NCBI GenBank assembly: GCA_958295485.1
Contig: OY282354.1
Location: forward strand, 2,812,042 to 2,876,041
From: an uncultured Gammaproteobacteria bacterium
GTDB lineage: Bacteria; Pseudomonadota; Gammaproteobacteria; Eutrophobiales; Eutrophobiaceae
Length of the DNA stretch: 64,000 nucleotides
Direction: 5' to 3'
Position 1 is the stretch's first letter. Every line of letters starts with the position of its first letter. A program made the translations under genes and the position numbers. Below the pieces are notes generated by a model that searched no databases, was not told the DNA's origin, and saw nothing but the letters and a program-made list of their open reading frames with translations. Positions 19,463 through 28,779 of the stretch are shown here, in pieces.

Positions 19463-20446
19463 TTAGCCAGTCAGCAGCGCCCCGGGAAATCTAAGACGAT
19501 GGCGTTCAAGCGCATCCGGATTAATGAAATTGATCGGCGTTTCGCCTTGCAGTATGCGCAGCGTTTCCTCAACCGCTGCCACACCCAGACGCTCGAGACT
19601 ATCAGAGGTGACTCCGGCCATGTGAGGCGTCAGGATGACATTATCCATATGAAAAAGAGGATCCGTCGGGTCGAGCGGTTGATTCTCAAACACATCAAGA
19701 GCTGCACCCGCAATTTTTCCGGACTCCAAGGCTGCCAATAACGCGCTGCTATTGACGATCGGTCCGCGAGCGACATTGATCAGGAAGGCGTTATCTTTCA
19801 TCTTTGAAAATACGTCCATACTAAAAAGACCGCGGGTTTGCTCAGTGAGCGGGCATGTCAGGGCGACAATATCGCATGTTGAAATAACCTCTTCGAAATC
19901 CCGGCCTTGCACGGATGAATCGAAATTGTTGCAAGAAGGGTCGCACGCAAGGATGGTCATATCGAAAGCAGCCGCTCGCCTGGCAACGGCCCTGCCAACA
20001 TTGCCATAGCCGATGACCCCTAACTTTCGGCCAGCCAGGTCCTGGCCCTGCGTCGAATGAGCACGGCCGGCGAACCATCCATCTTTATGAAGATCACGTT
20101 GCACGACTGGAAAGCGGCGCAACAAGGCGATGGCGGCGAAAATGACATGTTCGGCAACAGTAGTGGCATTCAAGCCCGGCGCATTGGCGACTAAAACGCC
20201 GGCTTGGGTCGCCGCCTCAACCGGAATCATATCGAGCCCGGCGCCGTGGCGGATAGCAGCTCTCAGGCGTGGCGCATCAAATAGCTCTGGCGGCAAATGA
20301 GCGCGAACAATAATGACGTCAGCGTCCCGCACGCCTGCAACCAGCCCCGCAGCAGTATGGTCTTCCACAACGGAAATTTCTGCATGAGGCGCTAACAGCG
20401 CATGTGCCCTCGGATATAATGGATGCGTCGAGACAACCTGCGGCAT
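19463..20446 (-). CDS. D-isomer-specific 2-hydroxyacid dehydrogenase (glyoxylate/hydroxypyruvate-reductase type)
   Basis: LAGRKLGVIGYGNVGRAVARRA NAD-binding motif and catalytic R...E...H arrangement. 327 aa. Confidence 0.85.
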   Translation of the reverse strand: MPQVVSTHPLYPRAHALLAPHAEISVVEDHTAAGLVAGVRDADVIIVRAHLPPELFDAPRLRAAIRHGAGLDMIPVEAATQAGVLVANAPGLNATTVAEHVIFAAIALLRRFPVVQRDLHKDGWFAGRAHSTQGQDLAGRKLGVIGYGNVGRAVARRAAAFDMTILACDPSCNNFDSSVQGRDFEEVISTCDIVALTCPLTEQTRGLFSMDVFSKMKDNAFLINVARGPIVNSSALLAALESGKIAGAALDVFENQPLDPTDPLFHMDNVILTPHMAGVTSDSLERLGVAAVEETLRILQGETPINFINPDALERHRLRFPGALLTG

Positions 20447-20518
20447 GTTACTTTTCTTTCTTGTATCGTCGATGTTGAAGGAATGGCAATATATCAGCTA
20501 CGAGAGCGGGTTGACGAT

Positions 20519-21751
20519 TCACGATTGGTTCTCTCTTGATACAAAACGTTTCAGTGCATCCGTATTGATAGTAACACCCAATCCGACACGATCAGGAACG
20601 GGAATGCAACCTTCAACCGGTTGAATGCTTTCTTCAATGACATCATGTAGAACAGGGTTCGCGCCAAGCGAATACTCCACAATCCAGCCTGTAGGACTAG
20701 ACGCAAGAACGTGCAGGCCAGACATAAAACCAAGGGCGCCAGTCCACAGATGTGGCGCAAGCGGGACATCATAAGCAGCCGCCAAAGCGGCGATACGTAC
20801 ACCCTCGCTAATGCCGCCACAGACCGCCATATCCGGCTGAAGTATGTCGACGCACCGCAGATCAAGGAGATCTCGAAAATCGAAACGTGTAAATTCACTC
20901 TCGCCAGCGGCAATTGGAATATCGGTAAAACAGCGGACCTCCGCCATCCCGCGTTTATTGTCTCCGGTCACCGGCTCCTCCAGCCACCCTATATTTTCGG
21001 ATGTGACCATTCGGCAAAAACGCTTGGCTTCACTTACGGAAAATGTGCCGTGCGCATCACAAAAAATCTGAACGTCAGGTCCAAGCGCCGCGCGCGCCGC
21101 TTTTACTCGGCGCGCTGACAGTTCAGGCGAACCATCAAGCGCGCCAACACGCATCTTGACGGACGAAAAGCCGCCCTTTTCTATGTAGCCTGTCAATTCT
21201 TCACCTATGCCATCGACGTCGGCCCAACCACCGGAGGCATAGGCAGGAAAGCGCTCTTTGCGGCGTCCGCCAAGTAATTGCCAAACCGGCGCCTGCAATG
21301 ATTTACCAAGCAAATCCCAAAGCGCAATATCGACGGCTGACAAAGCCGCTATAGTCACACCGCGTCGTGAAAGTTCTGGAAAAACACGTCCGGCCCGATT
21401 GGCATGACCGGCCCGCACACCGTTATAAACGAGCTCCCAAATCGATTGAATGTCACGCGCAGACCGCCCAGGCAGTAACGGCACGATGTCTTCACGCAGA
21501 ATAGCGGCTAACCCCCCATATCGTCCCGTGCTGCCAGCCGCATTCTTTGCTTCGCCCCAACCTTCCAGACCACTTTCAGTGGTTATGCGCACAAAGACCG
21601 TATCGAATGTACTGACTTTCCCGAAATCGCTGACATGCTGCTTAGCCGGTGGGATGGGAGCGCTCAGCTGAAATACATCTACGCTCTCGATACGCGAATC
21701 TCGAAATGGCGCGCCCCCAAGCATCTTGGCCGGCGCCGTAGAACTCATCAT
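20519..21751 (-). CDS. enolase-superfamily (mandelate racemase/muconate-lactonizing enzyme-type) sugar-acid dehydratase or cycloisomerase
   Basis: KVSTFDTVFVRITTESGLEGWGEA capping domain and a barrel with metal-ligand Asp/Glu blocks (FCDAHG..., WLEEP...). 410 aa. Confidence 0.8.
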   Translation of the reverse strand: MMSSTAPAKMLGGAPFRDSRIESVDVFQLSAPIPPAKQHVSDFGKVSTFDTVFVRITTESGLEGWGEAKNAAGSTGRYGGLAAILREDIVPLLPGRSARDIQSIWELVYNGVRAGHANRAGRVFPELSRRGVTIAALSAVDIALWDLLGKSLQAPVWQLLGGRRKERFPAYASGGWADVDGIGEELTGYIEKGGFSSVKMRVGALDGSPELSARRVKAARAALGPDVQIFCDAHGTFSVSEAKRFCRMVTSENIGWLEEPVTGDNKRGMAEVRCFTDIPIAAGESEFTRFDFRDLLDLRCVDILQPDMAVCGGISEGVRIAALAAAYDVPLAPHLWTGALGFMSGLHVLASSPTGWIVEYSLGANPVLHDVIEESIQPVEGCIPVPDRVGLGVTINTDALKRFVSRENQS

Positions 21752-21791
21752 TTATTCCTTATTTGAAAAACCCGCAGGCCAGGAAAATCCC

Positions 21792-22703
21792 TTACGAGTG
21801 GACTTGCCGCCGACCTTTTCCGATAAGTGGCAGCAAAGTGTCTGCGGTCCTCTCGAAAAGCATTGTGTAGAACTCCTCGCTGAGCAAGCTTGAACCGTGA
21901 TCCTCAATGAACTTTAGTTGCTCGGGTGATATATCAACCGGATTGGTCTCGACTTGATTTGTCCAAGGGGAAGCTGGCGTACGATCAACCGACGCCACCA
22001 TCTCTGCGGTGAGCGCGCCCTCGTATCCAATTTCCTCCAATACACTGACGATCATGGGGAAATCAAGCGCCCCCATGCCAGCCGAAAGGCGATTATTGTC
22101 CGCTACGTGAAAATCGAATAGTTTTTTTCCAGCAAGTCGAATGGCTGCAGCAATATCTACCTCCTCAATATTCATATGAAAACAATCCAGGCATACGCCG
22201 CAATCGGGTCCAACTTCTTTCGCAAGCAGCAACGCCTGGTCAGCGCGATTGAGAAAATACGTCTCGAATCGGTTGAGCGGTTCGATCGCAAGACGAATAC
22301 CAAGCTGTTGAGACAAGTCGTAAACTTCACGTAGCGCGTCAACGACCCAACGCCATTCCTCTTCAGGCGTACCATCGGGGACGATTTTACTGACGGTTGC
22401 AGGCACAACAGTCACCTCCTCGCCGCCAAGGTCGTTTGAGAATTGAACAACGCTACGCATGTAATCGACGGTGGCCGCACGCTGCCCTTCATCCCGGGCT
22501 GCGAGATTGCGATCACCAAGTGTCAAGGTAACGCAACCCCAACAACGCATGCCATACTCTTTCAACGTCGCGCGTACTTCCGACGCGCGGTACTGAGCAG
22601 GTTCTCCACTGATTTCAATGCTTTCAAATCCTAAGCGTTTTATTCGCTTAATAGTAGTTTGGACGGGTTCTGCGCGCATCCAATTATGAGTTGAGAGGTG
22701 CAT
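21792..22703 (-). CDS. xylose-isomerase-like TIM-barrel sugar isomerase/epimerase (tagatose-3-epimerase-like)
   Basis: LGFESIEIS, LAIEPLNRFETYFLN and DCFHMNIEE metal-ligand blocks. Confidence 0.75.
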   Translation of the reverse strand: MHLSTHNWMRAEPVQTTIKRIKRLGFESIEISGEPAQYRASEVRATLKEYGMRCWGCVTLTLGDRNLAARDEGQRAATVDYMRSVVQFSNDLGGEEVTVVPATVSKIVPDGTPEEEWRWVVDALREVYDLSQQLGIRLAIEPLNRFETYFLNRADQALLLAKEVGPDCGVCLDCFHMNIEEVDIAAAIRLAGKKLFDFHVADNNRLSAGMGALDFPMIVSVLEEIGYEGALTAEMVASVDRTPASPWTNQVETNPVDISPEQLKFIEDHGSSLLSEEFYTMLFERTADTLLPLIGKGRRQVHS

Positions 22704-22725
22704 CGGGAAAATTCCTGAAATAGTT

Positions 22726-22741
22726 ATGGTGATACTACCAT
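22726..22741. promoter_or_regulatory. operator-like imperfect palindrome ATGGTGATACTACCAT (same ATGGT/ACCAT arms, different centre)
   Basis: Seen 23 bp upstream of the first gene of the minus-strand isomerase/enolase/hydroxyacid-DH/VOC operon. Confidence 0.2.
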
Positions 22742-22855
22742 TTTGGTACAGCCATTAGATTATTGTCAATAGCTACACAAAAACTCACGCCAAGTGACCC
22801 ACCACCCTGGACTGTTGTATTCATTACAATATCCGACTGGATGGTGGGGATAGTC

Positions 22856-22931
22856 TGGCGTCCCCTAGGGGATTCGAACCCCTGTCGCCGCCGTGAAAGG
22901 GCGGTGTCCTAGGCCTCTAGACGAAGGGGAC
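22856..22931 (-). tRNA. tRNA-Glu (anticodon UUC)
   Basis: The reverse complement reads GTCCCCTTCGTCTAGAGGCCTAGGACACCGCCCTTTCACGGCGGCGACAGGGGTTCGAATCCCCTAGGGGACGCCA. It is near-identical to E. coli tRNA-Glu, is 76 nt long and has an encoded CCA. Confidence 0.9.
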
Positions 22932-22946
22932 AGGTAGGGAAAATCC

Positions 22947-23022
<76 letters not shown>

Positions 23023-23223
23023 ACTGAAAACTTTCTCGGTCGCTCCTCCATGGCGACGCAATCGAAATATCGCCCGACGCCGGGCCCGCTCTCCCGGTTC
23101 GCCGCGCGACCGAATCATTCCTCATTGTCCAAAGCGGCGGCAAACTGTACGTCACGGCATGGAAGCTGTCAAGTCCGCGTTCGGGTTCAGCGGAGCAACT
23201 TCTCGCCTTGCCGGCATGTCAAC

Positions 23224-24711
23224 CTATACGGCCGACAGCCGCCGGCCTATGTATTCCAGGGCGAGAGCCAGGCGGGACAGAACTTTATCCCGTCCCAATA
23301 GCTGCAAGGTAATATCAATGGAGGGTGACACGGTATTGCCTGTTACGGCGACTCTCAGGGGCTGCGCAATTTTGCCAAACTTCATTGCATGTTTTTCAGC
23401 CGAAGAATTTATGACATCATGAATTGCCGGCTTTTCCCATTTTTCAAGCCGGGACAAAGATTCTTTAACATGCTGCATTGCTTCGAGCACAACCGGACGC
23501 AGGTGTTTTTTTGCGGCGGCTTCATCAAACGCGGCAAAGTTTATATAAAAGAGACGGCTTTGCTCGGCCATTTCCCTTATTGTCTTTACCCGCTCCTTCT
23601 GCACTTTGGCCAATTCGACAAGGCCGGGCGGCCCGACAACGTCAACCCCGAGTTCCTTTAACTTTGCTTCGAGCAGCCCGGCAATTTTTTCCGGCGCGCT
23701 TTCCCTGAGGTAATGCTGGTTCAACCAGGCCAGTTTTTCCGGGTTAAGGGCGGCGGCGGATTTGTTGACGCGTTCTATATCGAACAATTCAATCATCTCA
23801 TCAAGCGTGAAAATCTCCTGGTCTCCATGGGACCAGCCCAGGCGCACCAGGTAATTAAGCAGCGCCTCCGGCAAAAAACCCTGATTTTTATATTCCAACA
23901 CACTGGCGGCGCCCTGCCGTTTGGATAATTTCCCGCCATCGGGACCCAGGATGAGCGGCACGTGGGCGTACTTCGGCGGTGTCAGACCCAACGCCTTGAA
24001 GATATTAACCTGCCGCGGCGTATTATTGAGGTGATCATCTCCACGGATGACGTGGGTGATACCCATGTCGGCATCATCCGCAACCACGGTTAAATTATAG
24101 GTCGGGGAGTCATCAGAACGGGCAATGATCAAGTCATCGAGCTCCCTGTTGTCAATGACTACCCGGCCTTGAATAAGATCGTCGATGACGACTTCCCCGT
24201 CAGGGGGATTTTTGAACCTGACCACCGATTTCGGTTGGTCTTCAGGCACGTCAAGGAACTCCCTGGTCGCATGGGCCACGGACGACGCATCGTCCAGCGG
24301 CGGGAGTTGCGGCGGTTGGACTCCATCCCGACACTTGCCGTTATACCTGGGTTTTTCCCCTTTGCTCACGGCGTCCGCTCGCATGGCTTCCAATTCCTCC
24401 TTACTGCAATAACAATGATAAGCCTGACCTTCGTCCAACAGTCGTTGTATCGTGGTTTCATAAATTGCCGTGCGCCGCGACTGGTAAACCACGTCCCGGG
24501 CATGATCCAGCCCCAACCATGCCATGCCTTCCAGGATGACGTTTGTGGCCGCATCGGTTGTTCTCCGGCGATCCGTATCCTCGATTCTCAGCATGAATTC
24601 CCCCTGGTGACGCTTGGCGAACAACCAGGCAAACAAGGCCGTTCGTATGCCGCCTATATGCAGGTCGCCCGTAGGACTGGGGGCAAAGCGCGTTTTTACC
24701 TTATCAATCAT
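23224..24711 (-). CDS. gltX: glutamyl-tRNA synthetase
   Basis: RFAPSPTGDLHIGGIRTALFAW (HIGH motif) and GGKLSKRQGA (KMSKS-type motif). 495 aa. Confidence 0.9.
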   Translation of the reverse strand: MIDKVKTRFAPSPTGDLHIGGIRTALFAWLFAKRHQGEFMLRIEDTDRRRTTDAATNVILEGMAWLGLDHARDVVYQSRRTAIYETTIQRLLDEGQAYHCYCSKEELEAMRADAVSKGEKPRYNGKCRDGVQPPQLPPLDDASSVAHATREFLDVPEDQPKSVVRFKNPPDGEVVIDDLIQGRVVIDNRELDDLIIARSDDSPTYNLTVVADDADMGITHVIRGDDHLNNTPRQVNIFKALGLTPPKYAHVPLILGPDGGKLSKRQGAASVLEYKNQGFLPEALLNYLVRLGWSHGDQEIFTLDEMIELFDIERVNKSAAALNPEKLAWLNQHYLRESAPEKIAGLLEAKLKELGVDVVGPPGLVELAKVQKERVKTIREMAEQSRLFYINFAAFDEAAAKKHLRPVVLEAMQHVKESLSRLEKWEKPAIHDVINSSAEKHAMKFGKIAQPLRVAVTGNTVSPSIDITLQLLGRDKVLSRLALALEYIGRRLSAV

Positions 24712-24762
24712 TCGTGTCGGTTTTCAACGCTCCGTCCTCGAATATCTGCTCAAAACCAACAA

Positions 24763-25401
24763 CTAAACAGGTATGTATTTATTCGCCTCGAGATAACCGA
24801 TTACCTCCGCGACTGATTCTGCAACTGTTTTCTCGCCCGTCTTTATCCGCAACTCCGGGGCATCGGGCGCTTCGTAGGGGGCGGAAATGCCGGTAAATTC
24901 AGGTATTTCCCCGGCGCGGGCCTTCCGGTATAAACCTTTGACGTCCCGGCTTTCGCATACCTCCAGCGACGCGTCCACGTACACCTCTATAAACCCCCCC
25001 GCCGGGTGTCTTTCCCGAACCAAATTCCGGTCCGATTTATACGGTGAAATAAAAGCCGAAAAAACAATCAACCCGGCATCGGTGAACAACTTGCACACTT
25101 CGCCGATGCGACGGATGTTCTCGGTCCTGTCTTCGGGTGAAAACCCCAGGTTGGAATTAAGACCATGCCGTACATTGTCGCCATCAAGAATGAATGCCTT
25201 GACGCCCCGCTTGACCAGGGTGACTTCACAGGCCCTGGCTATGGTGGATTTGCCCGCGCCTGACAGGCCCGTAAACCAGACCGTAACCGGTTTATGGCCC
25301 ATGAGGCCGGCGCGTAGCTCCGCGGCGACCAAGCTGTCACTCCAGGCTATATTTTCACTCTTTGGTTGTTGCGCTGATATGGTTTCTTTATTTTTCATCA
25401 T
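24763..25401 (-). CDS. cysC: adenylylsulfate (APS) kinase
   Basis: VWFTGLSGAGKSTIA P-loop and DGDNVRHGLN, FISPY blocks of APS kinases. 212 aa. Its start overlaps the stop of the upstream gene. Confidence 0.9.
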   Translation of the reverse strand: MMKNKETISAQQPKSENIAWSDSLVAAELRAGLMGHKPVTVWFTGLSGAGKSTIARACEVTLVKRGVKAFILDGDNVRHGLNSNLGFSPEDRTENIRRIGEVCKLFTDAGLIVFSAFISPYKSDRNLVRERHPAGGFIEVYVDASLEVCESRDVKGLYRKARAGEIPEFTGISAPYEAPDAPELRIKTGEKTVAESVAEVIGYLEANKYIPV

Positions 25402-26945
25402 TATTTCCGCCTTGCCTCCGGGGTCAACAACGACGCGCCTGATTGCGCTCGTCTCCTCAGCCAGGAGCTTACCCGATAACGCGGGTCATTGGTAAGCCTG
25501 AACATATTATTTAATATTCCGACGATTTTGGCGCCGCCGACCTTGTCCCCCCAGGCTAAAGGCCCCAAAGGATAACCCAGGCCCAGGGTGACTGCATCTT
25601 CTATATCAGGCACGGTCGCAATGCCGCGTTGGGCGATATTGCCGGCGATATTCACGATTGTAGCCAGGATTCTCTGGCTGATAAAGCCGGGGCTGTCGTT
25701 GATCACGGTGACCGGAACCTTGTCCACCGATAACAAGCCGTGCATGCCGTTCCGCACCTCAACAGTGGTAACCGGCGACAGCATCAGGGTTCGTCTTGAT
25801 CTCAGGTCGGGCAAAGGATCAAGGGCAACCGCCCGGGTCGGGTCCAAATTCAACTCCGCGCAGGCATTGCTGACGTCATTGCCCCAGAATTGCAACATGA
25901 GCATCGTATCCTTGCCAGCGGCGGAATCCATTAGCCGCGCGCCATTGGCTTTCAATACCTGCGCCAGTTGTCGGGAATGATCGGTTCCATCCTGAGCCAG
26001 CCACACCTTGGTTAAACCGATTTTGGTTGGATCGATTTTCGGGGTCGGGCTGGCTTCCGGTTCGACTTTTTGATTATTTTCGTATCGGTAAAACCCCCTG
26101 CCGGTTTTTCGGCCAAATAATCCCGCCGCCATTCTCGGTGGCAGCAACGACGACGGGCGAAACAGGGGGTCTTGTTGAAACTGGTCATACACGGACTGCG
26201 CGACTTTCCCTGACACGTCCAGCCCGGTCAGGTCGAGCAACTCGAAGGGTCCCATTCGGAACCCCAGCGCCTCCCGCATGACCCGGTCGATGTCCGCGGG
26301 ACCTGCCACTCCCTCCTCTAAAATGCGCAAGGCCTCGGTGGTAAAGCCGCGGCCGGCATGATTGACCAGGAACCCGGGTTGGTCCGCGGCGACGACGGCG
26401 CGGTGTCCCGTCGAGGAGACCAGTGAGACCAGTTCATCGATAACAGCCTGTTCGGTTAAAACAGCCGGGATGATCTCGACCACCCGCATGAGCGGGGCCG
26501 GATTAAAAAAGTGCAAGCCGGCAACCCGGCCCGGATTGGCGCAGGCCGAGGCAATGTCTGCCACCAATAGTGAAGACGTATTGCTCGCCAGGATGGCCGA
26601 GGTGGGAACAAGCCGCTCCAATTCCGCAAACAGTTGTTTCTTTGCCTCTAAAATTTCAACGATTGCCTCAATCAGGACGTGACAACCGGATAATTCTTCC
26701 AGCTTGTTGCAGGCAATGAGGTTCGAGAGGATTTTTTCCCCTTCAGGCCTGGCGTATTTGCCTTTGTCCACTTGGCGGTTGACCATCTTGCGAATAAAGC
26801 CGACGGCATCGTTGACCGCGCCGGCATCCGCATCATAAAGGCACACCGGGTAACCGGATTGCGCAAATAACTGGGCAATCCCCCGCCCCATGACACCGGC
26901 CCCGACAATGCCAATCCGGCTTTTATCTTTTTCGCTGCCTGACAT
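25401..26945 (-). CDS. 3-hydroxyacyl-CoA dehydrogenase family protein (NAD-binding N-terminal domain plus duplicated C-terminal domains)
   Basis: IGIVGAGVMGRGIAQLFAQSG Rossmann motif. 514 aa, typical of the PaaH/FadB-like long form. Confidence 0.75.
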   Translation of the reverse strand: MSGSEKDKSRIGIVGAGVMGRGIAQLFAQSGYPVCLYDADAGAVNDAVGFIRKMVNRQVDKGKYARPEGEKILSNLIACNKLEELSGCHVLIEAIVEILEAKKQLFAELERLVPTSAILASNTSSLLVADIASACANPGRVAGLHFFNPAPLMRVVEIIPAVLTEQAVIDELVSLVSSTGHRAVVAADQPGFLVNHAGRGFTTEALRILEEGVAGPADIDRVMREALGFRMGPFELLDLTGLDVSGKVAQSVYDQFQQDPLFRPSSLLPPRMAAGLFGRKTGRGFYRYENNQKVEPEASPTPKIDPTKIGLTKVWLAQDGTDHSRQLAQVLKANGARLMDSAAGKDTMLMLQFWGNDVSNACAELNLDPTRAVALDPLPDLRSRRTLMLSPVTTVEVRNGMHGLLSVDKVPVTVINDSPGFISQRILATIVNIAGNIAQRGIATVPDIEDAVTLGLGYPLGPLAWGDKVGGAKIVGILNNMFRLTNDPRYRVSSWLRRRAQSGASLLTPEARRK

Positions 26946-26997
26946 GCTTTCCTGTTGAGAAATTAAGGTAATATGAGGGAAAAATTCTGATCGTCAG

Positions 26998-27819
26998 GTG
27001 GTTATTATACCGGCAACCATCGAATATAGAAGAATGAACAGAAAAAACCCAAACAAGAGAAACAGGGAGATACGGTTATTGCCCCTTAACGACATGCCGA
27101 TGGCGCTGCCCGGGGATAACCTGGCGGAATTGCTGCTGGCGCGTTTTCAGGAGACCCCTCCCAAAGACAACGATATTATTGTTATCGCGCAGAAGATTGT
27201 GTCAAAGGCGGAGAACCGCTACGTCAACCTGGCGGATATAAGGCCCTCGGACGATGCCATGCAACTGGCCGCGGAAACGGGCAAGGACCCGCGCCTGGTG
27301 GAATTGATACTGTCCCAGTCGAAACGGGTTGTCAGGCGACGGCGAGACGTCTTAATCGTGGAGCACGAATTGGGATTTGTGCATGCCAACGCCGGCATCG
27401 ATCATTCCAATATCCCACAAAATGATAACAGGGAAATGGTCTTGCTGTTGCCCGAAGACGCCAATGCCAGCGCGCGTGAAATCCATGCTGAAATCAAAAA
27501 CCGCCTGGGCATTCACCTTGCCGTCATTATCAATGACAGCCTGGGTCGAGCCTGGCGCAACGGGGTTACAGGTATCGCCATAGGCGCGGCCGGCCTGCCC
27601 TGCCTGTTGAATCTTTGTGGTGAGAAAGACCTTTACGGGAATACTCTCAGGGCGACCGAAGTCGGTATCGCCGATGAAATAGCCGCCGCTGCCTCGCTGG
27701 TCATGGGGCAGGCGGCGCAGGGAATACCCGCAGTGTTGGTCAGGGGGCTTGAATTCAGCGACCGAACCGGGGATGCCTCTGCCCTGATAAGAGCCCCGGA
27801 CAAGGACTTGTTCAGGTAA
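26998..27819 (+). CDS. cofE: coenzyme F420-0:L-glutamate ligase-like protein (CofE family)
   Basis: LPLNDMPMALPGDNLAELL, IIVIAQKIVSKAE and GFVHANAGID blocks recalled from CofE. The real start may be the internal Met at 27034. Confidence 0.65.
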   Translation: MVIIPATIEYRRMNRKNPNKRNREIRLLPLNDMPMALPGDNLAELLLARFQETPPKDNDIIVIAQKIVSKAENRYVNLADIRPSDDAMQLAAETGKDPRLVELILSQSKRVVRRRRDVLIVEHELGFVHANAGIDHSNIPQNDNREMVLLLPEDANASAREIHAEIKNRLGIHLAVIINDSLGRAWRNGVTGIAIGAAGLPCLLNLCGEKDLYGNTLRATEVGIADEIAAAASLVMGQAAQGIPAVLVRGLEFSDRTGDASALIRAPDKDLFR

Positions 27820-27828
27820 TAGTTAGCG

Positions 27829-28779
27829 ATGGGTAAATCAATTTTAGCCCTGTGTGGCGGGGTGGGGGGGGCAAAATTAGTTCAGGGACTCGGTAAAACG
27901 CTCCGGCCGGGAAACCTGTTTGTTTTCGTCAATACCGGCGATGACTTTCATCACCTGGGCCTGCCCGTCTCGCCTGATCTCGACACGGTTATGTACACGT
28001 TGGCGGGAGTGGCAGACCAGGCCAAGGGCTGGGGCATCGCCGGTGAAACCTGGCATTTTATGGAAATGATTTCCCGGTTTGATGATTTATCCTGGTTCAA
28101 TTCAGGTGATAAAGACCTTGCCACCCATTTATACAGGGCACGGGCGGCAAGGGAGGGCCTCAGGCTGGATGAGATAACCCGGTCACTCAGCCGTTCATTC
28201 GGCATCGAACACAACATTATCCCCATGAGCAATGATCCCGTGCGGACACTGGTGGTCACCGACCGGGGAACGCTCGCCTTCCAGGATTATTTTGTCCGGT
28301 TAAACTGCTCACCCAGGGTGAAAGCGATCAAATTCGCCGGTTGCGACAAGGCCCGCGTCCCTGGGAGCTTTACCGACCTGCTCAACGAAAACAAGCCGGA
28401 TGCAATCATCATCGCCCCTTCGAATCCGCTCCTGAGCATAGCCCCCATCCTGTCCCTGAAAGACGTGCGTTCGGCCCTGCAATCAGCTTCCGTTCCCATT
28501 GTCGCCGTCTCACCCATTATCAGCGGAAAGGCACTGAAAGGGCCGACGGCCAAAATCATGGAGCAAATGGACATGCCCGTAAATAACGTATCAATTGCCG
28601 AATTTTATCGTGATTTTTTAGATGGATTGGTCATCGATAACAAAGATGAACATGAAACCGGTGAAATCGAGAAACTGGGCATCAGGGTAAAAACCACCGG
28701 CACACTCATGAATTCGATACGGGACCGGATTGCTTTAGCTGAAACGACCATCCGGTTTGCCGACTCGCTAAGCGCCTAA
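27829..28779 (+). CDS. cofD: 2-phospho-L-lactate transferase-like protein (CofD / UPF0052 family)
   Basis: N-terminal ILALCGGVGGAKLVQGL glycine-rich motif of CofD/YvcK. 316 aa. Translationally adjacent to the cofE-like gene. Confidence 0.7.
   Translation: MGKSILALCGGVGGAKLVQGLGKTLRPGNLFVFVNTGDDFHHLGLPVSPDLDTVMYTLAGVADQAKGWGIAGETWHFMEMISRFDDLSWFNSGDKDLATHLYRARAAREGLRLDEITRSLSRSFGIEHNIIPMSNDPVRTLVVTDRGTLAFQDYFVRLNCSPRVKAIKFAGCDKARVPGSFTDLLNENKPDAIIIAPSNPLLSIAPILSLKDVRSALQSASVPIVAVSPIISGKALKGPTAKIMEQMDMPVNNVSIAEFYRDFLDGLVIDNKDEHETGEIEKLGIRVKTTGTLMNSIRDRIALAETTIRFADSLSA

Noticed and set aside
24169-24816. 215-aa plus-strand ORF antisense to gltX
   Set aside because: It overlaps the strongly supported gltX ORF (HIGH/KMSKS motifs) and has no motifs of its own.
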